From the NCBI RefSeq assembly GCF_022539665.2, contig NC_081333.1:5084001-5148000 (forward strand): a stretch of DNA of 64,000 nt, read 5' to 3'. Of the stretch, positions 11,736-24,468 are shown piece after piece (the first letter of the stretch is position 1; each line of letters opens with the position of its first letter). The stretch comes from Daphnia carinata (lineage: Eukaryota). Made by a program: the position numbers and the translations under genes. The notes under the pieces are model-generated. The model saw nothing but the letters and a program-made list of their open reading frames with translations. It had not been told where the DNA came from and made no database searches.

Positions 11736-14700
11736 CTAGGTAGGTTGTTTTTGACACTTTCGCACCACCGGGAACGGCCCCACAAATTTAGGAAGGAATT
11801 TTTTTGTGGAATTTTTCTTTCTAGGCTTCCGTCGAACTAGGACAAGGTCCCCATGGAGAAGCTCGAGTTCCGGCTTCCGAACTCAATCTGTTCTTTCCTT
11901 GCTTTTCTGCTGTTTTTCCACAATGCGCAAACGAGCTGACGACCTCAATTCCGAAACGCGTGATAAAAAAGTGGCATGTGGTTCTTCTTCGTTCTTTGGC
12001 CAAGGAAAGAGATTTTCTATGGCCAGGACTGATGTACGACAATTCACTAATTTAAACGGCGTTACTTCGGTTGTGGCTTGGCGGGCAGTATTAATAGCAT
12101 ACGTTGCGGCTGCTAAATGTAAGTCCCAGTCCGTATGTTCGGCGTTGACGAAGGCGCACAATGCAAGGGTTAATGTACGATTAACTCTTTCCACTAATCC
12201 ATTAGTCTCCGGATGCTCTGCAGTGGCCAAAATGTGTTTAATATGCCAGCGTGTTACCCATTCGGCAAACATCTGAGACGTAAAGGCTGATCCCTGGTCG
12301 CTAATAATACGTTGTGGTGTACCGTGGCGAAAGATAATGTGCGTCTCGAGGAACGACGTAACAAATTTTGTCGACGTGTCAGGAACAGCAGCCACCTCGA
12401 CCCACTTCGACAAATAGTCTATCGAGACAATTATATGACGATGTCCAGAAGCAGTAACCTTAAACGGGCCCAAGTGATCAATTCCGATAAGCTGGAACGG
12501 AGAAGATGGTGGTTCGATGGGCTGGAGCCGGCCAACCACCTGACCAATTGCGTGTTTGTGTGTTTGGCAAAAAGAACAAGATTGAACAAAAATTTTTACG
12601 CTCCTACCCAGCCGTGGCCACCAAAATCGACTTTTAATTTTAAAAAGAGTCCTCTCCACACCCTGATGTCCAGATGAAGGAGAATCATGACATGCTTCCA
12701 AGATTTTTCTACGAGGGATAGAGGGAATAACGAGTAGCAACTTCCTGCCAGAATATTTGTTCTTTCTATATAGAATTTTACTACAGATGACAAAATTTTG
12801 GGACATTTTACAAGGAGAAAGGGTGTCTAATGCTACGAATATTTTCCGTAGCTGGCCGTCTTGTTGTTGCAAGAGGGCGAGCTCTTTTGAGGCATAACCC
12901 ACTTCGGGTTCTTTTACAGCGACTACTAGACAATCACCTGGTCGGGAATAAATGCCATCGGCAGGGTTCCTGGACAGTGTGTCCGCAACAATATTATCCG
13001 TACCTTTCACGTGCTCTATCGTGAAGGTAAACTCCTGTAAATCAAGCACCCACCTCGCAAACTTTCCCATTAAGGCCCTTTTCCCCATCATCCACTTGAC
13101 GGCTGAACTATCCATCTTAACAAAAAAATGTCTCCCATAAACGTAGGTACGCAATTTCTTGATTGCCCAAACCACCGCCAAACATTCCAGTTCATTGGCG
13201 TGATATCTTGTTTCGGTGTCCGACAGCCTTCTGCTGATGAAAGTCACAGGTCGATGGCCTTCACCAGCATCCTGCGTCAACACTGCTCCAAGACCAGTTT
13301 GACTTGCGTCAGTCTGAATAGTAACTTCCAGAGCGTCATCGAAATGAGCCAGAACAGGAGCAGTCGTAAGACGCGCTACAATACTGCTCTTTGCGCCTTC
13401 GTGACGTTCCGTCCATCGCCAAACAGCATTCTTTTTGAGGAGAGCGTGCAAAGGGTGAGCCAATGACGCAAAATCAGGGACAAAACGCCTATAGTATGAC
13501 GCAAGTCCAAGAAACCCTCGTAATGATTTTAGATTCGTAACAGGCATGGAAGTTAAAGCGCACACTTTCTCGCCTTCCGGGTGAATGCCTTCCGCATCGA
13601 TTACGTGTCCTAGGTGGGACACCTTGGTGGCGCCGAAAACGCATTTGTCAATGTTCGGAGTCAAATTTGCTCGCTCTAGAGCTGTTAACACCAACTCTAG
13701 GCGTGCCAAGTGCTCGTCAAAAGAACGACCAAAAACCAAGATGTCGTCTAAGTAAACTAGACACATATGCCATTTCAAACCAGCCAAGACCCTATCCATT
13801 AAACGTTGAAACGTCGCCGGAGCATTGCTCAACCCGAACGGCAGACGTGTGAACTGAAAAAGACCGTCTGGAGTGACAAACGCTGTCTTCTCCCGATCTT
13901 CCAACGCTACAGGCACCTGCCAATATCCACTGGCCAAATCCAAACAAGAAAAAAAATTGCGCACCTGCTAGCCTGTCCAAAACATCGTCAATGCGAGGTA
14001 ACGGATAAACATCACGTTTCGTTACCGCATTTAAACGTCTAAAATCAATACAAAAACGATAGTCACCAGATTTTGCTTTACGAACCAAAACGACGGACGA
14101 ACTCCACGGACTAAAAGATTCTTCGACAACACCGTCTTCTAACATTTCTACAACCTTTCCCGCAATAATTTGTCGTTCGAACGCTGATACCCTATATGGC
14201 GCTGATTTCACCGGGCAAGCATCCCCCGTGTCAATATGATGCTCAACTTCAGTGGTTTGCCCAATTTCCCTTTTTGACTTCGGAAAGCATTTTCGTCGAC
14301 GTTCAAGCATACCCATAAGTTTTTCACGTTGACCAGAGTCTAGTCCTTCCCCAATATTAACTTGAGTGATGTATTTGGCTTCATCACCTACTGGAAGAAC
14401 GGTGGCACAAATTTCAGAATCCCTGTCAGTCAAAGTAGACAACACGGCGTCATCGTTCAGTTCAACAGTACAAAAGAAATGCCGTCGCCTCAGTCTCAAC
14501 TCCGCAGGGGAATAATTCACAAGGGGTATCTCCGTTAGTCCTCTATTTACCGTCACGACACTGGCTGGTATCACCCACTCCTTTCCCGGCTTCGAACAAC
14601 AATTAAACTTGACGAAAGCCGTACCAGAGACATCTGACGACAATCTTCCCTTCACAAAGACTAGCGAGTCTGGGGGAACCACCTGGTGTCCATCTGCCTT

Positions 14701-15567
14701 AACTGGCATCCATCCACGTCGTTTCGAAGGCGATTCCTCCGCAAAAGACTCGATCAGACCGTCGCTTACGTCAAAATCTTCTTCATTACTCCCTTCTTCT
14801 TCCAAAAATATTCCCTCCCTGCTGCTTTCCCCGTTAATTATATGCACCTCTTCCGCCCATCGAACTCTCTTTTTCTTCTTCGTCAAAACTTCCTCTACCC
14901 CCTTTCCTTCGCCGTCTTCGATTTCCCTGTTTCCCTTATTTAAATTTCCCTCAATTAACCATATTTCCTCCCCCCTTACACCTTTCCCCGTTACGTTACT
15001 CTCCCCCCTTACACCTTTCCCCGTTACGTTACTCTCTCCCCTTACTAGATCTAACTCCCTACTTTCCTGCGCCACTACACCCTTATTTTTCTCCTCAACT
15101 AACCCTTCCCCGACTTATTCAATTCTCCCTACCCTTACTACAATGCTGGTCTTACTTTCCACTATCCAGTCCACCCCCAAGATTAGCGCAAACGGAGCGG
15201 TCCTTAGCACGGTGACGGACTTGAGTTTAACAAAATTGTGCTTCCACTTAACGTTCAACGGTAGAGCTCCCTCTACACGCACAAGCTTGTTGTCGACGCC
15301 TCTCAATTTAGTTTTCGTGGAATTCCGATGAAGGTCCATAAATTTCCGCACGACGCTTAGCCGTACCGCACTAATGCTGGCGCCCGATTCGACGAGTGCC
15401 GTGACTTCCCCAACTTTTTCTACCCAGACCTTGATAAGAGGCAGAGCTGGACGACTTTCTGATAAAAAAAATCCTTTCACGGGCGCCATTGTCCTCGGCG
15501 AGCTACCCCGTCGGTTTTTGCTGGACAGTCCCTCGCAATATGGCCATGTCGATTGCACGAATAGCAC
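11736..15567 (-). pseudogene. pol: pol of element B, disrupted
   Basis: Protease ALVESGAS (D replaced by E), RT YLDD, RNase H TDASQTGLGAVL, integrase HHCC and DDE; stop at 15115 and frameshifts near 13955 and 11900. Confidence 0.93.
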
Positions 15568-16682
15568 AACCTTTGCGCTGGGCCCCTGGGTGTAAACCCC
15601 CCACCTCCTACTCGCGGAACGTTAGGGCTGGAATTAACCGCAAGCCGAGAGAACGAAGCCGAAATTTGATTCACCAACCGATCTCCCAAGTTTTGAAAAA
15701 GTGCGGTCAAATCTGGAGTCGATGGAGCAACATTCGTCGGAGGCACTGTTAAGACGGGTTCGGTCGTTAACATTGGGGCGGGTACGTTTGGTATTGCGGA
15801 AGTTAAACCAAGTTGTTCAAGGTCCCTGAGTCGGGCTAGGAAAGCCGTAAAGTCCACTGGTACCGGTGACGTTAGAGCTGCGACGTAGATGGGGTTTGCG
15901 AGACCTCGTAACAAAAACTTGATGACATCCGCTTCAGGTAGGGCAACGGAACAACGAAGGCACAATCGTCACTTGTCCAACGCGTATTCAAGGCAAGATT
16001 CCCCTAGTTTTTGTACCCTAGACTCTACGAGCGAACTCCACTCCAAAAACGAAAGCGCTCCAGCAAAGTTTGTCACTAGTGCGACTGACCAAATAGCCCA
16101 GGTAGTGTGATGGTGTCCCGTTTGCGCGTGCCATTGGGAGGCAGTGCCCTCGAGACGTGTCACAGCAACCAAAAGTCGATTCTCCTCTGTCCAACCCTCT
16201 AACCCACCAACGCGTTCCACATGGTCAATAAACCCTTGCGCATCTTCGCCAACAGCACCCGAGAAGCGTGGTATAGAACTGACAGCAATCGTCGACGGAC
16301 GGACTGCCTGGGCAGCTGGCAAAGCGTTAGCAAGTGCTTGGATAGCTTCGTTGTTCTGTTGTTGTTGCACGTTGATAATTTCGACGAGTTGGGCAACCTG
16401 ATTTTGCCTCGCCGCACCGTCAGCCGCTGCTACTTCAGCAAATCTATTCAAAGCCACGATTAGCTCGTTATTGTCTGCCATGTCTGTTGATGAAGATGCT
16501 TCTGCCGCCAGTACAAACTCTAACTTCGGACAGCTCGTTTTCGTCGCAGGTGAACGTGGCACCGGACGAACAATACGTGCTCTTGCTGTTGTTTGACGAG
16601 CTTTTCCCCTCTGATTCCGCAGGTAGTACTGTGGTTCGAAGCCAAAAAAGGGATCTGGGACGTCGGGATTCAAATCCGACAT
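15477..16682 (-). pseudogene. gag: gag of element B (in-frame stop at 15969-15971)
   Basis: IPRFSG..EDAQGFI and RLEGTASQW capsid motifs; CCHC knuckle CYSCNRHGHIARDC. Confidence 0.88.
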
Positions 16683-17652
16683 GCAGAACCACCGCACTCA
16701 AATTCCAAAAAAAAAAAAAAAAAGAAATGGACTGAATGCCACAAAAATGACAGTGGAAAAAAAAGAGAGAGAAAAAAAAATTAATAAAGAAATAAATCAG
16801 ACGAACACTTTAAACTCCCAGGATGAAGAAAAAAAACAAGTGCGAACAAAAAGGCACTTATCCAACGAGTCTCACGTCAGGACCAAAAGGATCGTCCAAA
16901 AAAAGAAAAAAGAAGAGATGTTGAGCGCAAAAGATTGCGATCAAAACTCAGCAGAACCAAAAAAAAACAAAAAGAAAAGGTCAAAACAAAAGTACCCTCT
17001 GTACACAAGAGGGACACACACACAAAAACGATACCGTCCAGAACGAACAACAGCCCGTAAGCACAAAAAAAACTTCACGGCACGGCTTTGTATCAAGGTT
17101 CTTTTCTCGCCTTCAAAAAAAAAAGAGAACGAGCAACAAAAGAACCACTCAAAAGATATTGCAATCCCGCTGATATGGTCGCTCGAGAAAAAAAACAGAA
17201 AAAGAGAGAGAGAGAAAAATATTTCTCTCGACCAAAACGCGTGGGCCGTCCCAAAAAGAAAAAAAAGGACGGAACGCACCACACAAAGCGGCAAGAGGTA
17301 TGCCGAAAAGAAAAAAAAATACACTTCCAACTACACACAATCAAAAAAAAATCATGCACTAGGATTGTTTATTTTAATAGCCCGTGGCTATAGGTAACAG
17401 GGGTTGAAATACTTACCTGTATCGTTCCTCCACTCTTCAACAAAGACGTCGCGGCGGGATGGGATTCACTCCCCTTCGGCGCCGGTAAGGACAATCCACA
17501 ATGGCGGCGACCACGTCTGCGAAAATTTCCTTCAAGCGTGGGCGGCACGCGGGTCCGTTGCAGGCAACTTTTAAAGAAAAGTTGTTCGATGGCCTGGCGG
17601 AGATGAATATCCTCGATCTTCAATCCTCCTCGATCCCTCTTCTGACATTAAT

Positions 17653-17985
17653 TGTTACGGAGGTGGCCGGCGCTGGACCCAAAAACCGGGACAGCGAGAC
17701 AGGTAGTCGCGTAGACGTTAGGATAGATGGGTAATTCCAAAGCTCAGGCAATACGAAGTGTATTTGTCAGGGTAACACTTTCACAAGTTCAACACTATTA
17801 CACACAAGTACGCGAAGGGAAGCCAGCGATAGCGCAAAGCTCCTTCTTTCAACCACACAGTAGACGGCGAGGTTCCAGACTGCCCTGCGTGACTCTGAGC
17901 AGACGACCCGTCGCCTACTTACCGGTTGGCCATCTATTGAGGGGGTATATGGTAGGACACTGTTATGAGGTATGAAACTGTAACA
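17653..17985 (-). repeat. 5' LTR of element B (333 bp; partner LTR outside the window)
   Basis: Inverted termini TGTTAC...GTAACA with an adjacent PBS. Confidence 0.75.
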
Positions 17986-18121
17986 ATACTGGGGAGGCTC
18001 GGTGTAGTAGCTGGGTGCGGCATATGTTGTTGTATAATACTCGCCCTTTTTTGTTGTGTAATACTCTGGTGCCTTTGTGCTGTAGTAGTTGGGCGCAGCA
18101 TAGGTCGTGGTGTAGTATGTA
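17986..18121 (-). pseudogene. Fragment of a Tyr/Thr-rich repetitive protein (Daphnia-type)
   Basis: YYTTTYAAPNYYSTKAPEYYTTKKGEYYTTTYAAPSYYTEPPQY; cut by the LTR of B. Confidence 0.75.
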
Positions 18122-18183
18122 AAGTTTAAGACACCGTTAATAGTAACATTAATAACATAGAGTAAAAAAGGAAACCCACTTAT

Positions 18184-19180
18184 GTTCTCTTGACGAACGC
18201 TTGCAGCCATGGCATTATGCAGTTCTGTCGCTGAACCGGGTAATGGCGTAAGACATAATGGATTGAGAATCCAAGTCTGTCCATTCACGGTGACTCGTAG
18301 ATCACCATCGTCATAGACCTTCGTCACCTTACCGATTTTACCAAGAGCCTAGAAAAAAAGATTAAATTATTTCTTTTTTTATTTTTCCTTTACAGATATT
18401 ACGGAGATATACGTAATTTTATTTGACACCAACGTCATGTTTTAATAAGTTGCATTGTTAAAAATATTCATACCAATCGCATTAAATCAACCCACTATCC
18501 ATGGTCCCGTTGAAGAAGTTTCACGTGTGCAATATCATCGATTAGCCCCAAAGCTAAAATTTTTTAAAAACTACTTTTTGATATTTTTATTCAATTTATT
18601 ATCCTTACTGCGTCTCCGACGGGAAATGACGATAAACGATAAATTGCTCGCGGATGGAACGTCCAGCGCTGATTACTACCATCAAACTGAACTCGAATGT
18701 CTTCCCTGTCGGTGACGCGGTGAACTGTTCCGACGTGACCTATGCACTGCTGACCGCCAGGAGAAAGTGAGGGAAAACGACGGAATGTCATCTTGCAACA
18801 CTAAAATTTGAAATAGCAAACAGCGATCTACCTCCGCCATAGGAGGATTCCAGCCTCTGTGTCCCTTATGCATTTCTCTTAGCCGGCAACTTTGATTTGT
18901 CACCCACGCTAAACGTTGCAGTGTGCTTGGGATTGCTCAGACTACGCCAAGGTCTGCTAGTGAAATTGTTTGATAGCCCTAAGACCATAAGTGCTTCACC
19001 ATAGTAATATCTCCAAACAACAGCATGAACACACCTCAAACCCACTTTACCCTTGTGTCCCAGAAGGTGAACGTTTGTTGAGCCAGAAGCCCAATCTACA
19101 TTAGCGTGGTTGCGGCCAGATTCGTCACCCTAGCCTCGCAAATCAACCACTCTGCCAATCTTCCCCTCTCCACCGCCCAT
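18184..19180 (-). pseudogene. mib2: Intron-containing fragment of a mind bomb 2-like E3 ubiquitin ligase (Mib_herc2 and Mib repeats)
   Basis: GGEGKIGRVVDLRG*GDESGR...GHKGKVGL (W replaced by stop), GHRGWNPPMAE, GHVGTVHRVTDREDIRVQF..RWTFHP and GKIGKVTKVYDDGDLRV match MIB2 motifs; the other domains are absent. Confidence 0.85.
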
Positions 19181-19294
19181 TAAAAAAAAAAAAATATGTA
19201 TAAAACCAAATGTTGTAAAAAATTCATTTTTGTATAGGCCTACCTGATTTCCACCAGCCCCGGTGGAATCTATTGCAACGAAATATTTCGGTGC

Positions 19295-19412
19295 CCCGCC
19301 GAAAGAAAAAAAAGAAAAAAAATGCCCAACGAAGGCATAGTCCGGTGGGCAAAAATGACCCGCCGAAAGAAAAAAAAAAGAAAAAAAAAATATGCCCACG
19401 AAGGCATAGTCA
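19295..19412. repeat. Imperfect tandem repeat, about 65-bp unit (CCCGCCGAAAG-A-rich-ATGCCC..CGAAGGCATAGTC) x2
   Basis: Directly visible duplication; possibly subterminal repeats of a non-autonomous DNA element. Confidence 0.6.
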
Positions 19413-20726
19413 GGCCGAAGTGGAAAATGTGAAAAAATGCCGTGCGTAATAAAAATACGGAAATGTGACTTACCTTAAAAACAGCTTTAACCACAACAAA
19501 ACACTGTAACTGTACAACACAAATATTTAAATTACGGCACTTAGCACGCCAGTGCCGCAATCTTAATTAGTAATAAACATATTATATTGGTAGTATACGA
19601 ATTTTTATATTTCATATGGCACCTTTGTTATTAAGCATTTCACCACGATGAAAGAATTTTGAAAAATGGCAGGGTTCCGGCAATTACCCCAACAACCCGC
19701 CCCGCTTGAAAAGGCCATCCACCCCGAAACGACCGCCTTTATGCGGTGCCCCGAGGAACGAAAATTGGAAATTACTTTGCTCCCGAAAGTCAAAATTAAA
19801 AAACACAGCAGCCAACAGCGGTATGCCACTGTAGTTAACTGAAATATGATCATTTTTAACATTTAATCTATACTAATCACTTGAATGTCAAGCAGGTACA
19901 CACCAGTTCATACCAATTGATTAAAATCCAAATAGTTAACAGTATTAATGTCAAGGATCAATAAGTAAAACAAGGCGGTAATTTACGCAAAATTGTAAAA
20001 CACAAATTGAAATACAATGTATGGAAAATTGCGTACTGTTGTTGAGGTTTCCAAGAAGCTTCCTAAACTGAATTGAACATTTTTGTCGTCTCACTTTCCA
20101 TTACAGCAAAGTCACCCTCAGAGAATTTCTTTTTTTTTTTTTAAAGAAACTTTTTAATTAGCGCTGAGGTAACGAAAACGCGCACCATACAGTTGGTGAT
20201 GTTATAGCTAATATTCTTACCCTACCTTGAATAAATTCATCGAAATTGTTAAACTGGCAAAAGAAGTTGACAAGCTACTTGCAAAGAGTCTCATTTTTTT
20301 TTTTTTTATTGAACCGATGAGCTTTAGCTAATGGCGAGTTTTCCATCTTGATGACATATTAATTTCAGGTTTCTCAAGTAATACTGAATCTGTAAAATTA
20401 TTTAACGGCATTGATAATTTTGAAACTGGCATGCAAAATTCGTGAGTTGCAGCATAAAATTTGATTTTTTATTGAACAGATACAGCCTTAGCTGTAAATG
20501 ATGGTTGGTTCCCCGCCTTGATGGTGTAACACCCCAGTTAGAAATTTCATGTAAAATTCAACATGTAGATAAGCTTCCAACATCGATTGCTATTTCCACA
20601 TGCGTCAAGTGGCCAACGAACAAAGGTCGGAGTAATTCTTGATCAGTTTTCTCCTGTCATCCTGTTTGATATTTCTCTTCCATTTCATTTCACGAAAGTG
20701 AGTGTTGCTAAGGGAAGCGGTGGAAT

Positions 20727-20871
20727 GAAAGTGCGTTGTAATACTTTGGAGCCTTTGTTCTGTAGTAGCTGGGAGCAGCAACGTCGTGGTGTAGTATCCA
20801 AAAGAAGACGATCCCATTGGTCCACCCATGGCCTGTCCAGCTATCAGAGATACTACAGCCAACAGCAGCAT
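20727..20871 (-). pseudogene. Truncated secreted Tyr-rich protein exon
   Basis: Signal peptide MLLLAVVSLIAGQAMG, then GPMGSSSFGYYTTT and frameshifted AAPSYY..KAPKYY; splice acceptor ttgtttcag at 20886. Confidence 0.65.
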
Positions 20872-21123
20872 CGCGTCGCAGTTAGCTGAAACAAGATGAT
20901 ACATACACATAACTCTCTTGAACCACCTGAATGCAGCGCAAGAACACACAACTTCATTACAAGTGATTGAAATCAAATTAGAATTAGGGGTTTAATTCCT
21001 ACGATTAAATAGTAAAATACAACGTCAAATTACCCATAATTGCAAAGCTGGAAATCACGATGTAAATTATAACCTATGGAAAATGTCGTGTACTTCTGTT
21101 GCTGTGCCCAAGTGGCTTACGAC

Positions 21124-21158
21124 ACTGAATTGAATCACGTTTGTTCTCTCATTTTATA
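21124..21158 (-). promoter_or_regulatory. TATA box plus arthropod initiator of the Tyr-rich gene
   Basis: TATAAAA (21158-21152) about 32 nt upstream of TCAGT (21128-21124). Confidence 0.55.
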
Positions 21159-22409
21159 TGATTGAAAGTTATCCTGTTTCGATTCATTAGTCCTGCGGTT
21201 ACGAGACGCGCAAATGACAGGTGTTGACGTAAAAGCCAATATGCCTACCCCACCTTTTAGTTTGGTCCTTTTGTTGTTATGACACGCGATGAAGATGGGC
21301 ATTATCCTTGAATGAACACTATATGCTTAATCCGTGAAGAATAGGATGAAAACGTCAACAGTAATTTCTCTTTAAAGCATTTTACAAAAGAGAAGAAGGT
21401 AAGTGTTGTTCCAACAGAATTGTAATGTTATCGTTAAAACTAGTGAAACTCTTATTTCTTAAACCCGTGTTGCAATATTTTTTCTCTCACTGATTCATTC
21501 CTATGATTTAGCTTATCACAACGAAGCTGAAAAATATAATTTGTGTAACGACTAATTGAATGATGTAATCTTTTCCTTTCCCTAGTCGGTCATTATAAGA
21601 AAAACGTCCTACATTCATCCTCAGACAGAAATCGTTTGAAAGATTCACGTTTCATCAATCCAGAGACAGATTTAAAACTCACGTAGTGCAGCAGGAAAAC
21701 GAACGAGAAGCGGAAGTGGATCACATAGAGAGCCCAATCGTACACGCATATCCAGCAGGTAAACGAACGTTCAAAAATCCTTTGTGGAGCATTGATGGTG
21801 ACAACTGAGTAGATTGTAATCACGAACAAACATTTGTCAACTAGACTTGATGAGCCCTGGGAATGTGGCGTAGGTCATTGTTTTCAAAAGCGGAAATTTA
21901 AAAAGCGGGACGCAATGAGCGGGTTAAAAGACTACTTCTATACGTATATAATCAGATACGTTAAGGCTATGTGGATACCATTCTCTGCTTACGAATTCCG
22001 ACTTTAAAGCTTAAATTTTATTAAAGCACTGTCTATGGTTAATTTTCAAATTAGTGTCAAACGGCGAATACTAAAAAAAGAAAGCTAAACGGCAGAATCC
22101 TTTAATCGTTAATAATTTGTCGATAAGCCTTTTCATACGATCTATATAAGTGCAAAAGTGCTTCATAGATCAATAGGCATGCACTCAAGTTTGGTTTGCT
22201 TTGAACACACGTTTTAGAGAAAAAGGAAATTGAACGCGAATGCTAACGTGGAAATGTTTGTATTGGGCCATTTCATTTTGGAAAGACATTCAACTTCTGA
22301 AATGATTGTAATCAATGAATAAATAAGGGAGATGAAATACCATATACAAATTATATATGAAAGGTATATAATTAAAGAAAAAGGACCTAGGTACATAGGT
22401 ACATAATAT

Positions 22410-22768
22410 TGTAAAGCATTCTTCTGTGAAGATGAATAACTTTACGTTATTAAGACAAATAGTAATAAAAATGAACTCGGGAGGAGTTACCACAATGTCG
22501 AATATGTTTTATTCTAATAGGCCAAATGAATAACCAAGGAATACACAGTTATAAGGCATAAATGGGAAACAAAAATACAAAACGGAGTTATGCGAATTTA
22601 GTCTTACCGTCACCGCCATGGCGAAGGTGGAATAAAGATGTCAAACGTTGTAAGAAAAGAATAAAGATAACAAGGCTTGTCCGTCGCACAAGAAGCGGTT
22701 AAAGCACTCACAATAGTTATAAAATAATATATAAATTGAACTCACTAAATTGGATGAATTGAACAGCA
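22410..22768 (-). repeat. Truncated 3' LTR of element C
   Basis: Near-identical to 50083-50442; fused by deletion directly to env sequence. Confidence 0.9.
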
Positions 22769-23578
22769 CTTGTAAAGTAGCGGAATTGTCCAAATTTTGA
22801 GCACTAGGTGGCGCGAGGTCCGCCAATGTTATTGTCGACAAATTTTCCATGATGGCCGCCGTTGTAACGAAGAGTTTTGATTGGCCGACAATATTAAAGG
22901 CATCAGATTTCTTTGAACAGGAATTTTGAATGGGAATACAACGGGGTTGAAAAGATAAATGGAAATCCAATTGTTTTTTGTCATCTTGAAGGCGAAAAAT
23001 TTTATCATTTCCCGTTTTTCGTATTAATTTTCCAATTCCAGATTCTATGAGATGAGCTTTTGGTTCAGATCGTTGAGTATAGGTTTTGTCCCAAACCAAT
23101 GTTAAATGATTATGCGACAAATAACCTGTTGATGAGGAAGGAACACCAATCGGCGTGGAAAATTACTATCTTCCACATCTTGATACAGACGAATGTTCTC
23201 GAGCACACAATTAATAATTTCCACATCGATCGTTTGTAACCAATGACCGAAAATTTCAGGTTCACGGTCAAATACATATTTTTTTTCCGCAGCGGTCATT
23301 TTTTGATCGTCGCATCGAAGACTGTTAATCATATCGTTGCACTCATTTGGTGTAGTGTCAAATGGAATTTTATCGAAGACAATCACCAATTGTCCAAAGA
23401 AGTTCATGGTGACATGTAAAATTGGTTTCCACTTTGCGCAAATATATCCAGGAAAATGAACAGCCGCACGCACTTCACTATACACTGAATATTTTAAGTC
23501 AACGGAATGTTTATCATTTATTTCCGGATGACAATCGGTATCCGAAAATTGAATTATTCCCATTTTCGACGATTAGGT
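22769..23578 (-). pseudogene. env: env of element C, central part
   Basis: GIIQFSD, GYICAKWK, NFFGQ, WLQTID, SHNHLTLVWDKTY and IFRLQDDKKQLDFHL align with env of A. Confidence 0.9.
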
Positions 23579-24323
23579 ACAATTGCAAATTATCAGAGAG
23601 AACACGAAGCGATCCCGATAGATAATTAGAATTGTGTGAGAAAATAAATGAAGAGACGACCCTAAGGGTGTAGACACATTTATTTTAGCTAAACTTTAAA
23701 GAGAAAAAGAAAAAACAAAAGAAAACCAAAAGAAAAGGGAAAACTCCCCCTTTTTTTTTCTTTCTCCCTCTTCCCCCTGCACGCGGCCTAAGCCGCCCAT
23801 ACACCTCAGACATATTTGCTACATCTCTAAAGTGATAACACTTGACAGGCTTGACGCAGATAAACAGAACAAACTATAAAGGATGAAACTTCAAACATAA
23901 CAAATGTTGAACCAAAAAGAAAACACAACCAAAACGCAGAGATAAAAAAAAAATAACCCTCAACAGAGAAAAAAACCTGAATTTTCCAGGAGCAAAAAAT
24001 AACTCTGTTGGGGAAACATCTGTGAGGGAAACAAGGAAACACTGAACACAAGGGCTAGAGATAGACCATCTCTTCCTCTTCTCATCCGTTCGCCACTGCC
24101 GACACTCCAGCAGGTAGGAACGAAACCCCTTTTGGTTAGTTGCCTTGGCCAAAACCACCCGTCAATTCGCGGCCTTTTACTTGCTCTGGCTGGTTGAACC
24201 CTGGCACGACGGAGTGTAGAATATAAACAAAGGTAGCCCAAAACACAAATTACGGACCATGTAACTAAATAAATGAAAAAAGGATCAAAAAGAAAAAACC
24301 AGGGTGGGCTGACGAGTAGACAT

Positions 24324-24448
24324 ACCCTTAGGGTCGTCTCTTCATTTATTTTCTCACACAATTCTAATTATGTATCGGGATCGCTTCGCGATCCCTCTGG
24401 TAATTTGCAATTGTGTAGCGAAAAACATTTCGCTAGACCCTAAGGGTG
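24324..24448. repeat. DIRS internal complementary region (ICR)
   Basis: Reverse complement of the left terminus (23579-23669) joined to the reverse complement of the right terminus (28296-28334). Confidence 0.92.
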
Positions 24449-24468
24449 ACTTTAAAGGCCTACCTAAA

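Larger units (their letters stand above)
11736..17985 (-). mobile_element. Ty3/Gypsy retrotransposon B, interrupted in its integrase tail by element A
   Basis: LTR 17653-17985, PBS TGTCAGAAGAGGGAT (17647-17633, tRNA-Leu type), gag and pol; the integrase GPF motif (LPKFVGPFPVVRKVSKTTYL) stops abruptly at the LTR of A. Confidence 0.92.

Noticed and set aside
14609..15331. 240-aa antisense ORF and other antisense ORFs over pol genes
   Set aside because: Shadow frames of purine-rich coding sequence with no independent motifs.
16681..17397. 238-aa Lys-rich ORF and its Phe-rich antisense ORFs
   Set aside because: Artefact of oligo-A/T tracts in the leader of element B.
17767..18327. 186-aa ORF as a real gene
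   Set aside because: Chimeric read-through of a mib2 exon, intron, Tyr-rich fragment and the LTR of B.
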